A DNA stretch of 64,000 nt from a bacterium (GCA_030615855.1 JAUWYL010000002.1:68423-132422), one strand, 5' to 3'; positions 8,724 through 19,012 are shown, numbered from the stretch's first letter. The notes: a model not told the origin generated them from the letters alone. A program made the numbers and translations.

Positions 8724-10793
8724 CTATTCCTCTTTCAACCTGCGAGAGAATAGACCTTTCAGGAACAAGACTCCATAAGTGAGGTTAGTAGCAGTGATGC
8801 CAAAGAATACCAAAAGAACCTTTTTGGGATCTCTATTCTTCAAACTGGTTAAAAGAACCATCAATAAATAAAAGAGAATGGTCCCGAAATAAATTTTATA
8901 GAAAAGAGGTTGGATAAGTCCCAATGACCAACCAAAGAATAGGCCTAAAACAAAGAGAGAAGGGATAAAATAAGAGAACCTACGTGAGGTGTGAGGAAAT
9001 CTTTTGGCAAAATATCCTCTGTGTAAAGCATAGCCCCGGACCTGTTTTAAATGGGGAATAAATAACGGACGGCGGTGGTGGTAAATGAGAACCTTAGGAG
9101 CATACATTATCTTCTTTCCTAAATCTCGGACAATATGGAGGCAGAGTTTAGTATCCTCTCCTGGCCAGAATTTAACCCCAAAACCTCCCAGGCTATCCAT
9201 AATCGATTTTCGAATGAGAAGGTTACAAGTAGGAAAGTCATCGACCTCCCTTTCTCGTTTAGGAATATAGCGATAACTTATACTTCCTGTAGCCAGAAGA
9301 GATGAATAAACCAAACCACTTGCTTGTTCTCTGAGACCATCATTGGGAGGGGTTATCCCAGGCCCTCCGATGGCTGCTACCTTCTCATCCTCAAAGTAGG
9401 GCATGGCATTCCCGAGCCAATCTTTTGTGGGAAAGGCATCATCATCCAGAAAGGCTAAGATTTCTCCTCGAGCATGCTTAATTCCAATATCCCTCTTCTC
9501 CGAAGGTCCAATTGCTCCAGTAGGAATGACCTTCACTTTGGAATAGGATAATTGCTCCGTCTTATCTGGTAATACAATAATTTCATAATTCGGATAATCA
9601 AGTCTCTGGCAATAATTGAGACACTCTTGCAGGTTTTGGTTATTGCTTTGAACAGGGATAACGATTGAAACTAAAGGAGTTTTTGTTACTTTTTGCTTTG
9701 CAATTCTCTCTAATATAGAAAGACTTTTCTGAGCAGAGCGATCCCAGTTAAAATCTTGGGAATATTTTAAGGCATTCTGAGATAATTTTTTGTATAGCGC
9801 CTTATCATTTAATAATCTTAAAATATTCTTTGCCAAGAGGGCTGGTCTATTCTGAGAACAGATTAAACCAGTCTGGTTATCTATAGTAGAGTCTCTCAGG
9901 CCGCTAACATTATAGACCACGGTAGGAATACTCATAGCATGGGCCTCAGTAATTGCTAAGCCCCATCCTTCTTTTACCGAAGTCATAACCAATACCCAGG
10001 CACTCCGCAAGAGTCGCAACTTTTCTCTATGCATCTTATATCCGAAGAACCTCACGTCCTGTAAGTTTAGTTTCTTCACCAACCTTTGTAATTTATTCTG
10101 ATAAGCCTTGTCTCCTTCACCCACCAGCCACAATCTGGCCTCAGGCATCTCCTCTTTTACTCGCCTAAAAGCCTTAATAATATGATGGATCCTCTTTGAC
10201 TTTTTGAGTCTCCCCACATAGGCGACAGTGGGAAGAGAACTTCTTTCTGGAACCTGAGAAAGTGGCGAAAAACCAAGGCCTACAGGAACAATATGAACCT
10301 TTTCCCCTTGAAAGCCGAAATGAACCAGGTCCTTTTTAGTACTCTGAGAAATAGTAACTACTGGAATGTTTTTGTAAATTCTTAAATATAGCGGCTCTAA
10401 TAAATAACCTATTATTGCCAGAAGAAGGGGTGATTCATAGAACCAGATTTTTCTACATAGTTGATGGATAGAAACAATTATTTTTTCTTTTACATAGAAG
10501 GGTGTGAAGAAAGGAATGGTATTTATTTCGTCAATGACCAAATCAAATTTTCCTTGGAAACATTTTTTATAGTAGCGAAAGGCCTGCCAGTAAACAGTAT
10601 ACTTATTGCCTGACCTTACAATATTGACCCCATCTATCGTTTCCTTCTTTAGACAATGAGGAAAGGCACTGGTAAACAGGGTAACCTCATGACCTGCTTT
10701 CACCCACCTCTTAGCATTCTCATGAGTTAATACCTCTGCTCCTCCCGCTAAGGGGTTCTTAATGTCTCGCCAGTTAAAAATCAGGATCTTCAT
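8724..10793 (-). CDS. Bifunctional glycosyltransferase: N-terminal GT4 (group 1) domain fused to C-terminal GT2 domain with TM helices
   Basis: 689 aa. The N-terminal half is GT4-like (EGWGLAITEAHAMSIP). The C-terminal half is GT2-like (LVSIVIPVQSNNQ...DDDAFP) and ends in hydrophobic helices. Confidence 0.7.
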   Translation of the reverse strand: MKILIFNWRDIKNPLAGGAEVLTHENAKRWVKAGHEVTLFTSAFPHCLKKETIDGVNIVRSGNKYTVYWQAFRYYKKCFQGKFDLVIDEINTIPFFTPFYVKEKIIVSIHQLCRKIWFYESPLLLAIIGYLLEPLYLRIYKNIPVVTISQSTKKDLVHFGFQGEKVHIVPVGLGFSPLSQVPERSSLPTVAYVGRLKKSKRIHHIIKAFRRVKEEMPEARLWLVGEGDKAYQNKLQRLVKKLNLQDVRFFGYKMHREKLRLLRSAWVLVMTSVKEGWGLAITEAHAMSIPTVVYNVSGLRDSTIDNQTGLICSQNRPALLAKNILRLLNDKALYKKLSQNALKYSQDFNWDRSAQKSLSILERIAKQKVTKTPLVSIVIPVQSNNQNLQECLNYCQRLDYPNYEIIVLPDKTEQLSYSKVKVIPTGAIGPSEKRDIGIKHARGEILAFLDDDAFPTKDWLGNAMPYFEDEKVAAIGGPGITPPNDGLREQASGLVYSSLLATGSISYRYIPKREREVDDFPTCNLLIRKSIMDSLGGFGVKFWPGEDTKLCLHIVRDLGKKIMYAPKVLIYHHRRPLFIPHLKQVRGYALHRGYFAKRFPHTSRRFSYFIPSLFVLGLFFGWSLGLIQPLFYKIYFGTILFYLLMVLLTSLKNRDPKKVLLVFFGITATNLTYGVLFLKGLFSRRLKEE

Positions 10794-10798
10794 TTAGA

Positions 10799-12772
10799 TC
10801 ACCGTCCACCGCTTACTTTCTCCCCTTCTCCGTTTCCCCGATTCACCCTTTCACTCATCCTTCGCCCCTCGTCCTCCCCTACTCTCACCTCAGGTTCAAT
10901 GGGTGGCGCCATTACTTCATAAACCTCTGCCTCTGGGAATGATTTAATCAGCCGCAACCCGGGTTGCTTTTTAATATCAGGTATCTCTCCAATAATGGCA
11001 ACTTCGTTACTTGTGGCGTATTTTTCAGGATGGAAGATGACATACTTTGCTCCCAGATGTTTCAGGATACCTGGAGTCTTAGGGTCTAAAATATCAACTA
11101 TTTCCTTTCTCACTTTATCAGCATGGGTGCCAGGCAAGGCGCCATTGACTAATCTCTTTTGATGGATCCTCTGCCAAAATAGATATTCAACATCATTCTC
11201 CATAGGATATTCAGCAACAATAAAATCGCCCTCTTGTTTGGAGAGCCATTCATAGACTGGAGGAGGATCAACAGCATTAATCATGGGGGCAGGAAAGGTA
11301 GGAGCAAATTCGATACAGATGAGCAAAACAATGAGAGCCACAAGGATTTCTCGCTTTTGGGGAGTCTTTATCTTCTGTAAAATACTGGCTAATCCTATAC
11401 CCGCTAAGACACTTACTGAGAGCATGACCAGAATGCCAAAGCGAGCATAACAGCGAAACATAGGAGCTATTTTATACATAAAGTAAGAAGGAAAGAATAT
11501 TCGAAAAGGACCAATATCTGTCCAGGGGGCATGGGAAAAGATCAGAGCCATAATCCCAGCGAAGAGGAAGAAACTCACTCCTTTCTGGGTTCTGGTTGAC
11601 CAGTTTGCCAGTTGGCCCGTTAGCCTGTTATCTGTATTTTGTTTTTGTGTACCCTTATTCACTTGTTTACTTATCAACTTGTTAACTAATTTATTCTTCC
11701 TCCTCCACTCTCGTATAGCAATAATTGAGAGAATAATTCCTACCCAACCGAGATAGAGGGTTTGCTCTACCGGGTGATAAACCTTGATAAAATTCCGGGT
11801 AAAACCTCCTATAAAGGGATTATCGCCTGAGGGTATGAGATAATGGAAGAGATGAGCAGAATAGGTAAAGAGGCCGCTAAAAGAGCGCTCATATCTCAGA
11901 GAAGCAAGAGCCGTTGGCTTGGGACTGAATACATTTTTCAAGATAGGATAAATAGCAGGCAGAATAATCGCCAGAGCAACCACCGTTGCCACTAACACCA
12001 CTCTCATTGTCTTAAGCGGTGATCGGTGATCAGTAATCAGTGATCGGTCTTTCTTTTCACCGGATAACCGGATAACCGGATAACCGGATAACCTCCTATT
12101 TCTCCACCCATACCACACCCGCCACAGGATAAATACTCCAGTAAAAATGGTCACAAAGTATCCATAATAATAATTGGAAAGAAAAACTAGGGAAAAAGCC
12201 AGAGCAGCGAGAATAGCACTCCCATAGGTTCTTCTTTCATCCAGATTAAAGAGAGCCAAAAAGAAAAGAGGTATCCATTGAATGTTGGCCAGGGTCAGAT
12301 GTTGATAAGAATGGGTAAAGTGAAAGGGGCAAAAGGCATAAATTATTCCCGCAATCAAACTAGCTAACTTGTTTTTGGTGAAATAGTAAACTAAATAGTA
12401 GGCTATAATAGCCGAAAGAAAGAAACTTGGCAGAACAGAAAAATTATAAGCGAAGACTTCACCAAATTTTAAAGATACAGGAAGTAGCAAGCTTTCCCAG
12501 AGAAAATGTCTGGTAGCAGCATAAGCGAAATTGACCCCATAAGGATAGGCGATCAGGTGACAAGTCTCCGGCGAAAGACGATGAAGATGGGCATATTTTA
12601 GCCACCAGAGATGCCAGACCGCTCCCAAAGCATCACCTCCCGAGCCATAAAGATGACTATTCATTTTGAAAATAGTTGGATAAGTGATTATTGAACTCAA
12701 TAAAATAAAAAATAGCAAGATTAAGATTTTATTCTGAATAGGTTTAAATTTAGAAAGAAATGTCTTTACCAT
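10799..12772 (-). CDS. Polytopic membrane protein, putative GT-C-fold glycosyltransferase/polymerase (YfhO/ArnT-like), with a C-terminal soluble domain
   Basis: 657 aa with more than 10 predicted TM helices and an Asp in the first extracytoplasmic loop (GSGGDA). One loop is encoded by in-frame STRs: (CGGATAAC)4 and (GTGATCG)-like repeats. Confidence 0.4.
   Translation of the reverse strand: MVKTFLSKFKPIQNKILILLFFILLSSIITYPTIFKMNSHLYGSGGDALGAVWHLWWLKYAHLHRLSPETCHLIAYPYGVNFAYAATRHFLWESLLLPVSLKFGEVFAYNFSVLPSFFLSAIIAYYLVYYFTKNKLASLIAGIIYAFCPFHFTHSYQHLTLANIQWIPLFFLALFNLDERRTYGSAILAALAFSLVFLSNYYYGYFVTIFTGVFILWRVWYGWRNRRLSGYPVIRLSGEKKDRSLITDHRSPLKTMRVVLVATVVALAIILPAIYPILKNVFSPKPTALASLRYERSFSGLFTYSAHLFHYLIPSGDNPFIGGFTRNFIKVYHPVEQTLYLGWVGIILSIIAIREWRRKNKLVNKLISKQVNKGTQKQNTDNRLTGQLANWSTRTQKGVSFFLFAGIMALIFSHAPWTDIGPFRIFFPSYFMYKIAPMFRCYARFGILVMLSVSVLAGIGLASILQKIKTPQKREILVALIVLLICIEFAPTFPAPMINAVDPPPVYEWLSKQEGDFIVAEYPMENDVEYLFWQRIHQKRLVNGALPGTHADKVRKEIVDILDPKTPGILKHLGAKYVIFHPEKYATSNEVAIIGEIPDIKKQPGLRLIKSFPEAEVYEVMAPPIEPEVRVGEDEGRRMSERVNRGNGEGEKVSGGR
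12018..12093 (-). repeat. (GGTGATC)-like x4 and (CGGATAAC)4 tandem repeats inside the GT-C-like membrane protein ORF
   Basis: Both are in-frame and encode ..RLSGYPVIRLSG.. and ..DRSLITDHRSP.. Confidence 0.85.
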
Positions 12773-12809
12773 GCGATTTTCCTTTTTGGAAAGAAGGGTT
12801 TGTCTTACC

Positions 12810-13973
12810 TTAAATAGGGGGGAGTGCCTTTTGGATTATTTGTATAAGATTAGCAGCATGCTTTTTCCAAGAATATTTCTGTGCCTTTCTCCAGGCGGAA
12901 TAGCCCATCCTTCTTGCCATCCTCTCATCTGCCACCAGTTTATCTATATATTCAGTATATGCTCTCAAATCTCCCTCTTGAGGAAAAAAACCATCTTCCC
13001 CATGAACAAACAAATCAGTAACACCAGACCCTCTGGGAATAATGGATGGGCAACCATGAGCAGCCGCCTCAAGCCCGGCCATACCAAAAGCTTCAAAAAT
13101 AGGATGGACTAGAACTCGGGCTTTCAAATATAGCTTATTTAGTTTCTCTTCACTAAGGGCTCCAGTTATCTCAACTCTTCCTTCTAATTTCCGCTCCTTT
13201 ATGCCAGTGCTAAAGGAGTGAAGTAGAGGTTGATCCCAGGAGCCAGCCATTATTAACTTTACCCTTTTGGCTCTAAGATTCTCCACTATATTTAACAAGA
13301 ATTCTGGTCGTTTTCCAGCATTCCATTTCGTGGATGATAAAATATAATCACCCCGTGTTTTGGGAATCTCAGTTAGAGAATAACAGCCAGGATGTAAAAC
13401 TTTAATCTTCTTGTTACCTAAAGTAGCTAATCTCTTCTGATGAACAGTAGAACATGTTATAGTGGCTAATGCATTCTTAACGATTAAAGCATCAAGGCCT
13501 CGGGCAAGGGGGAGTAAAAAAGGGGAAAGGAAACGAAGGAAAGAGGATGCATAAGCTCGGGGAAGAACATAAGAAATAGGGTCATAGATATAGGCAATAT
13601 AAGGAATATTTCTTTTTTTCCACAATCGGTAACTGGTAAAACAGGTATAAGTAGCATGAGTAATAACTACATCAAAATCTTCTCGCAGAATAATCTTTGG
13701 TACCAGATAGGGGCTAATAATGTGGAAAGTAGAGAAAAAACGAAAAAAGGGAAATTTTAAAGGATGGCGAAAAATGAAGGGGAATCTTTCGGATAAAAAT
13801 TTGATGGGTATCTTTCTTAATAGGTCATCATATTGGTAACCCTGGACTTTCTTTTTCATTAGCACCATTAATTCTACTTGCTGTCCCATTTCTCTTAAGT
13901 GTTTCACTTCTTCAAAGGCATATCTTGCCACACCCCCTACTAAGATCTGATCTAAAAGGATTCCAATTTTCAT
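12810..13973 (-). CDS. Family 4 (group 1) glycosyltransferase
   Basis: 387 aa with the GT-B C-terminal motif EAFGMAGLEAAAHGCPSI. Confidence 0.75.
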   Translation of the reverse strand: MKIGILLDQILVGGVARYAFEEVKHLREMGQQVELMVLMKKKVQGYQYDDLLRKIPIKFLSERFPFIFRHPLKFPFFRFFSTFHIISPYLVPKIILREDFDVVITHATYTCFTSYRLWKKRNIPYIAYIYDPISYVLPRAYASSFLRFLSPFLLPLARGLDALIVKNALATITCSTVHQKRLATLGNKKIKVLHPGCYSLTEIPKTRGDYILSSTKWNAGKRPEFLLNIVENLRAKRVKLIMAGSWDQPLLHSFSTGIKERKLEGRVEITGALSEEKLNKLYLKARVLVHPIFEAFGMAGLEAAAHGCPSIIPRGSGVTDLFVHGEDGFFPQEGDLRAYTEYIDKLVADERMARRMGYSAWRKAQKYSWKKHAANLIQIIQKALPPI

Positions 13974-15472
13974 TAGTGGTGAACTTCCTTTCCTAAAAAC
14001 TTTCTATCCAGATTCTTGGTTTTAGTAGAGATTATAAAATGATGAGAAGGCCACTTAACAATTCCATAGGGAATCTTGCTCCAAATCCAGCGTAAATCAA
14101 CATAATTCCACACTCCTTCTACTATTACTCTTGAATTGTTCTTTCTGAGCAGCCTTTTAACTTCTTTTAAAGAAAGAGGTTTCTCAACTGGCTGAGCTTT
14201 TAACCCAAGGATTCTCATCAGGAGAGGCCTTATAGCCTCTATTCCGTAAGGAAGTTTAGCATGAACAATATTGATTTGAATTCTTGAAACTCTTACCATT
14301 TCTCTAACGGCTTCTTCTTGATTGATGATATGTTCTAAAACTCCCGAGCTTAAGGAAACATCAAACTGATCATCACCAAAAGGGAGCTTTTCTGCAGATG
14401 CCTGAACCAACCTTTTAACCCCTCTTTTGTTCGCTCCAAGCAAAGCCTCAAAAGAGAAATCTACTCCCACAGTATTAGGAGAATACTTTTCGATAAAACC
14501 ATATCCACAACCGATATCTAAAGTCTTTTTTCCTTTTAATAAAGTTCCTAAAACTTCGTAATATTCCTCTTCTTCTCTAAAGCCTTTCCTTTTATGGATT
14601 TTATCATACTCTTTTTGAAACTTTCTAAATTTATCTCGGTTTCCTGATCGCCAACATTTATTTTTCAGATATCCCAGTCCACCTGCACTAAATTCACAGG
14701 TCTTCATAAAGATGAATCCCAAGGTATGGATGGGATCCCTCATCAGTCTTTTCCAGTGACGGAAGAAGGCAGGTCTAAAGATTGTAGCCTGTTTAGCGAA
14801 TAAATCTGGATGTTTTCTCCTGTAGAAATCGATGGTCTGGGCGTAATAAAATTTCTTCTTTATACTATCCCATAGAGTCAAATGACCTTCGTGGTGGATA
14901 ATGTGAGATGGAATGCGAGTTATTTTGTATCCTGCTTCTTTTATTCTCTGAGGAAGATCGTATTCTTCTCCGCCCCCAGCAATCCGTTCATCGTATCCTT
15001 TCATTTCCTTAAAAATTTCCTTTTCAAAGAAACGAGCTGCTTCCATAATTTCATCACCAATGTAGCAGGACCGCTCCAGGGCCTTACACCTTGCCCAGAA
15101 GCCTTCCCCTACTGATATTTCGGGAATGACTAGCCCTTTAATCTCCTTCCTTTTCTGGATTTCCTTTATGCACTCCTCGACTACCTGGGAAGTGAGTTCC
15201 ATATCGGAATCAATGAAAAGTAAATATCTTCCTCCTGCCTTCTCTGCCCCAAAGTTCCGTTGCACACTTCTCTCCGGTCCTTTACGGTATACCTTAGCAT
15301 ATTGATCCGCAATCTCCCTTGTTCCATCCTGGCTATAGTTATCTACCACAATGATCTCAATCTGAGAATAAGTTTGATCCCTAATTGATTTAAGGCAAAT
15401 ATTAATAGTTTCTGCAGAATTTTTGGTAGGAATAATTATTGAAACTAAAGGTTCTTTGTTCAGTTTATTCAT
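13973..15472 (-). CDS. Bifunctional GT2 glycosyltransferase / class I SAM-dependent methyltransferase
   Basis: 499 aa. The N-terminus is GT2 (LVSIIIPTKNS...DNYSQDGT...DSD). The C-terminus carries methyltransferase motif I (LDIGCGYG) followed by later motifs. Confidence 0.7.
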   Translation of the reverse strand: MNKLNKEPLVSIIIPTKNSAETINICLKSIRDQTYSQIEIIVVDNYSQDGTREIADQYAKVYRKGPERSVQRNFGAEKAGGRYLLFIDSDMELTSQVVEECIKEIQKRKEIKGLVIPEISVGEGFWARCKALERSCYIGDEIMEAARFFEKEIFKEMKGYDERIAGGGEEYDLPQRIKEAGYKITRIPSHIIHHEGHLTLWDSIKKKFYYAQTIDFYRRKHPDLFAKQATIFRPAFFRHWKRLMRDPIHTLGFIFMKTCEFSAGGLGYLKNKCWRSGNRDKFRKFQKEYDKIHKRKGFREEEEYYEVLGTLLKGKKTLDIGCGYGFIEKYSPNTVGVDFSFEALLGANKRGVKRLVQASAEKLPFGDDQFDVSLSSGVLEHIINQEEAVREMVRVSRIQINIVHAKLPYGIEAIRPLLMRILGLKAQPVEKPLSLKEVKRLLRKNNSRVIVEGVWNYVDLRWIWSKIPYGIVKWPSHHFIISTKTKNLDRKFLGKEVHH

Positions 15473-16205
15473 AGTTATAATATTTCAAAATATACAGGCG
15501 ATAGAAGATGGCCATAGTATCCCACCAGGTATGGTAGATGGCTTTTAAGCCGATGCGTCCCATAAAACGCTGGTAATTTAAGGTTATGGGGGCCTCAGCG
15601 ATTTTGTAGCCTAGATGGTGGGCATTGACTAAAAGTTCTAAGTCAAAGGCATATCTTTTGATTAGAACCTTAGGAAATATCTTTTGAAGCACCTCGTATT
15701 TGAAGAGTTTAATGCCCGTCTGGGTATCTTTTAAAGGTAGACCAAACATAATTTTAATTAAGAAAAAATAGACATTGGAAATAATCTTCCTATGCCAGGG
15801 ATACCTTAATTTAGACTCTGGGTGTCTCTTGGAACCGATAACCACATCTACTTCCTCTTTATTCATGATCCTGAAGAGGTTCTGAATCTGTTCTGGATGG
15901 AGATCTAAGTCAGCATCGAGGAAAGCAACCAGGTCTCCTTTGGCAAAACGGAAGCCATACTTCAGCGCTCTTCCCTTACCTCGATTTTTGCGCATCCTCT
16001 TTACTGTAATATTAGTAAATCCTTTTGCTGCCTTCCGGGCATTCTTATAGGTCTCGTCCTTACTGCCGTCATCAACAATAATGAGTTCATACCGGCAGCC
16101 GATCTCGTTAAAGACCCTCTGTAGCTCCCTGATATTACCGTAAATATGTGGTCCTTCATTGTGGGCGGGAACCAGGATGGATAACTTACCTTTAAACTCT
16201 TTCAA
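15465..16205 (-). CDS. GT2 polyprenyl-phosphate glycosyltransferase (dolichol-P-mannose synthase-like)
   Basis: 246 aa with LSILVPAHNE, IIVDDGSKD and DADLD motifs. Confidence 0.75.
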   Translation of the reverse strand: MKEFKGKLSILVPAHNEGPHIYGNIRELQRVFNEIGCRYELIIVDDGSKDETYKNARKAAKGFTNITVKRMRKNRGKGRALKYGFRFAKGDLVAFLDADLDLHPEQIQNLFRIMNKEEVDVVIGSKRHPESKLRYPWHRKIISNVYFFLIKIMFGLPLKDTQTGIKLFKYEVLQKIFPKVLIKRYAFDLELLVNAHHLGYKIAEAPITLNYQRFMGRIGLKAIYHTWWDTMAIFYRLYILKYYNYE

Positions 16206-17454
16206 TTTTTATTCTTTCCAATCTTCTTCGCGGCATCCAGACCAGAAATTGATTAATCAAAAGGAGTAGCGCTCCATTTACCACCAAGATCCATACTACC
16301 TGGGAGAGGGTATTGTGGAATAGAGTAATGGCGATTATCTGTAAGAGGGTAAAAATGCCTGCTAAATATAAAAATCTAAACCTATGGATGGAGAGTTGGT
16401 AGAAGAAAAGGATATTGACCAGACCAAATAGGGCCATGGCTAAGGCGAACTTTCCAATTAATGGGGTACTTGCTTGATGTTTACCGGCCCAGATAAGCTT
16501 AATTATGAGAGAAGGAAAAAAAAGACAAACAAGGGTCGCTCCACCTGCTAAGAGACCAACGTAGAATAGACTTTTTTTCAAGATAAGGGAAGAGTCCCTT
16601 CTCTGGGCATATAGTTCTGCGGCTTTAGGAAACATGACAATCACAATGGGTAGGGGAAGAAATAATATCATCCTTCCCACAAAGGCAGCAGCAGAATAAA
16701 TTTCTGCTTTAACCGGGCTAAAGAAGTTCCCCACTAATAGAGCATCGATGTTGGTCAGAATTATGAAGAAGAGGACGCTAAATATGACAGGAGCAGAATA
16801 TCTGTAGATTTCTTTAAAGTTTACCCTCCCCTCTGTTTCCTTTGATTTAAACAGAAACTTCAGGGGAAAGAAGAGAACGCATATACTGACAAGTATAGCG
16901 AGAATAGAAGCAGCTAAAGCCCCACTTACTCCCAGACCGAGGAAGACAAAGATAATCCCAAATATTAAACGGGAAGCGGTACCTAATATGGTGCTCCATC
17001 CTAAGTAATTAAATTTTTGCAGGCCCTGGATTATTCCTCCTGCTGCTGGGGCGATAACGCTCAACAATAAAAGTATTCCCAGGATCATAACTGGCCTGTT
17101 AGAGGGAAAATGCTGCCAGGAAGCAATCCTTCCACTTGCCGCCAGAAATATAAGGGAGCCCAGGAAACCGTAGAAGAAGAGCCTCTTAAGAAAATTAAAC
17201 AATAAAAAACGTATCTTTCCATATTGGTTAAAGGCTTTAAAGTGAGCCGTATACTTGGTAATCACTGTCTGAATAGTAGTTGCTGGAACAGAAACGATCA
17301 TTAAAAGAGCAAGCAATCTATAGAGAATTCCATATTCCGTTTCTGGCAGATGACGGCCCATGTAGATGTGAAATATAAAGTTACCTATATTGGCTAATGT
17401 GGCAGCAATGAATATGAAAGAAACCTGCCTCTCAAAACTTCCAATAAGTCTCAT
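16192..17454 (-). CDS. Wzx-like oligosaccharide flippase (MOP/polysaccharide biosynthesis protein family)
   Basis: 420 aa with about 12 TM helices, sitting in a glycan-cluster context. Confidence 0.6.
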   Translation of the reverse strand: MRLIGSFERQVSFIFIAATLANIGNFIFHIYMGRHLPETEYGILYRLLALLMIVSVPATTIQTVITKYTAHFKAFNQYGKIRFLLFNFLKRLFFYGFLGSLIFLAASGRIASWQHFPSNRPVMILGILLLLSVIAPAAGGIIQGLQKFNYLGWSTILGTASRLIFGIIFVFLGLGVSGALAASILAILVSICVLFFPLKFLFKSKETEGRVNFKEIYRYSAPVIFSVLFFIILTNIDALLVGNFFSPVKAEIYSAAAFVGRMILFLPLPIVIVMFPKAAELYAQRRDSSLILKKSLFYVGLLAGGATLVCLFFPSLIIKLIWAGKHQASTPLIGKFALAMALFGLVNILFFYQLSIHRFRFLYLAGIFTLLQIIAITLFHNTLSQVVWILVVNGALLLLINQFLVWMPRRRLERIKIERV

Positions 17455-17484
17455 TGCTTTTGCTTCCTTTATAAAGGGACTAGG

Positions 17485-17580
17485 AGGGATTAGAAAGGAG
17501 GAACAGGGATTAGTAGGGATATTCGCGATAATTCGCGTTCTTTTATTTCTTGTTCCGTGCTATTCGCGTTTATTCGCGTC
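17485..17580. repeat. Intergenic word-repeat block (GGGATTAG x2; ATTCGCG x4)
   Basis: Directly visible in the sequence. Confidence 0.8.
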
Positions 17581-17731
17581 TATCGGCTTCCGATTCCAGC
17601 ATCACCGGTATCCCATCTCGAATAGGATACCTTCTTCCACATTTGGTGCAAACAATCTTATCCTTTTCTAATTTAACATCTGCTTTGCACACTGGACAAG
17701 CCAGGATCTCTAACAATTCTTTATCAATCAT
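17570..17731 (-). CDS. Trm112/YcaR-like small zinc-ribbon protein (UPF0434 family)
   Basis: This 53-aa ORF is not in the supplied track: MIDKELLEILACPVCKADVKLEKDKIVCTKCGRRYPIRDGIPVMLESEADRRE. It has CPxC...CxxC and the canonical Trm112p-like IPVML motif. A strong SD (GGAGGTGAGGAG) sits 5 nt upstream. Confidence 0.55.
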   Translation of the reverse strand: MIDKELLEILACPVCKADVKLEKDKIVCTKCGRRYPIRDGIPVMLESEADRRE

Positions 17732-17792
17732 GCTCCTCACCTCCATACTTATTAGTTGACAAGTTGATTAGTTAATAAGTTAACAAGAAAAC

Positions 17793-17905
17793 GTTCGGTT
17801 ACGGTTAAGGTTATGATGCCCGTTTCGTTTAGGGGTTACGAAGTTCGTCAAAAATCGTAACCGATAGATGATTGACGATACGGGCTTCGTTACCGTCACC
17901 CCTTG
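17793..17905. repeat. Palindromic 110-bp element, copy 1 (GGTTACGGTTAAGGTTA...CCCGTTTCG // CGATACGGGCTTCGTTACCG), flanked by AGTTGACAAG inverted words
   Basis: It shares more than 17-nt identical blocks with 38472-38590: GGTTACGGTTAAGGTTA, ACGAAGCCCGTATCGTCAA and its reverse complement, and CCCGTTTCGTTTA and its reverse complement. Confidence 0.7.
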
Positions 17906-17930
17906 ACGTAACCTATAACTTGTATCCTTG

Positions 17931-18881
17931 TCAACTTGTATTCTGCTGTTCTTCCTTGCTCTTCCTGAACCACTCGATAGTTCTACTCAGTCCTTCTTCC
18001 AGACTTATTTTTGGTTTCCACTTTAAGAGTTCTTTTGCTTTTGAGATGTCTGGTCTTCTCACCTTGGGATCGTCCTGAGGCAAAGGTTTATAGACTATCC
18101 TGCTCTTGCTCCCCGTTAATTCAATTATCTTCTTGGCAAAATCTAAGATAGTCATCTCCTGGGGATTGCCTAAATTAATGGGCTTATGAATATTAGATAG
18201 CATTAACCTATATATTCCTTCAATCATATCTGAGACATAGCAGAAACTCCTTGTCTGAGAACCATCCCCAAAGACAGTCAAGGGCTCATTGGCCAGGGCT
18301 TGACTGATAAATGTGGGAACTACCCGGCCGTCTTTCTTTCTCATCCGCTCACCAAAGGTATTAAATATCCGCGCGATCCTAGTATCCATTCCATGATACC
18401 TATGATAGGCCATGGTCATTGCCTCAGCAAACCTTTTCGCCTCATCATACATCCCCCTTGGTCCTATGGCATTAACATTCCCCCAGTAATCCTCCCTTTG
18501 GGGATTTACTAAAGGGTCGCCATATACTTCAGAAGTAGATGCCAGAAGAAATTTGGCTGTCTTTGCTTTGGCCAAACCCAAAGTCTTATGGGCTCCTAAG
18601 GCACCAACCTTGAGAGTCTGGATAGGGTACCTTTGATAATCTATAGGACTGGCTGGTGAAGCAAAATGTACGACATAGTCTAGTGGTTCATCTATTTTGA
18701 TATACTCCGTTACATCCTGTCTGACAAACTTAAAATCTTTGTTCTTCATTAAATGAGCAATATTATCTAAGGTGCCAGTAATGAGGTTATCCATACATAT
18801 TACACTGTGCCCTTCTTTTATTAATCGATCGCAGAGATGGGAGCCTAAGAAACCAGCTCCCCCGGTAATCAGAATCCTCAT
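17931..18881 (-). CDS. UDP-glucuronate decarboxylase (UDP-xylose synthase)
   Basis: The protein is strongly UXS/ArnA-decarboxylase-like ([20 protein letters not shown]...YDEAKR...). The true start is probably the internal MRILITGG at 18881. The upstream 48 aa of the track ORF is translation of an STR region. Confidence 0.8.
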   Translation of the reverse strand: MRILITGGAGFLGSHLCDRLIKEGHSVICMDNLITGTLDNIAHLMKNKDFKFVRQDVTEYIKIDEPLDYVVHFASPASPIDYQRYPIQTLKVGALGAHKTLGLAKAKTAKFLLASTSEVYGDPLVNPQREDYWGNVNAIGPRGMYDEAKRFAEAMTMAYHRYHGMDTRIARIFNTFGERMRKKDGRVVPTFISQALANEPLTVFGDGSQTRSFCYVSDMIEGIYRLMLSNIHKPINLGNPQEMTILDFAKKIIELTGSKSRIVYKPLPQDDPKVRRPDISKAKELLKWKPKISLEEGLSRTIEWFRKSKEEQQNTS

Positions 18882-18896
18882 ATAATGCCTCGCTCT

Positions 18897-18965
18897 CTCA
18901 AGTTGACAAGTTGATAAGTTGATAAGTTGATAAGTAAAAAGTAAGAAGTATGAAGTATGAAGTAA
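18897..18965. repeat. Octamer/heptamer STR block: (AAGTTGAC/AAGTTGAT)4, (GAAGTAT)3, (ATTTTGC)2
   Basis: The sequence is caagttgacaagttgataagttgataagttgataagt...gaagtatgaagtatgaagtaa...attttgcattttgcatt. The GTTGACAAGTTGAT word also occurs at 17753. Confidence 0.85.
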
Positions 18966-19012
18966 ATTTGCATTTTGCATTGCTAATTTTTCAATTTTCA
19001 TTGATTTTCCTA

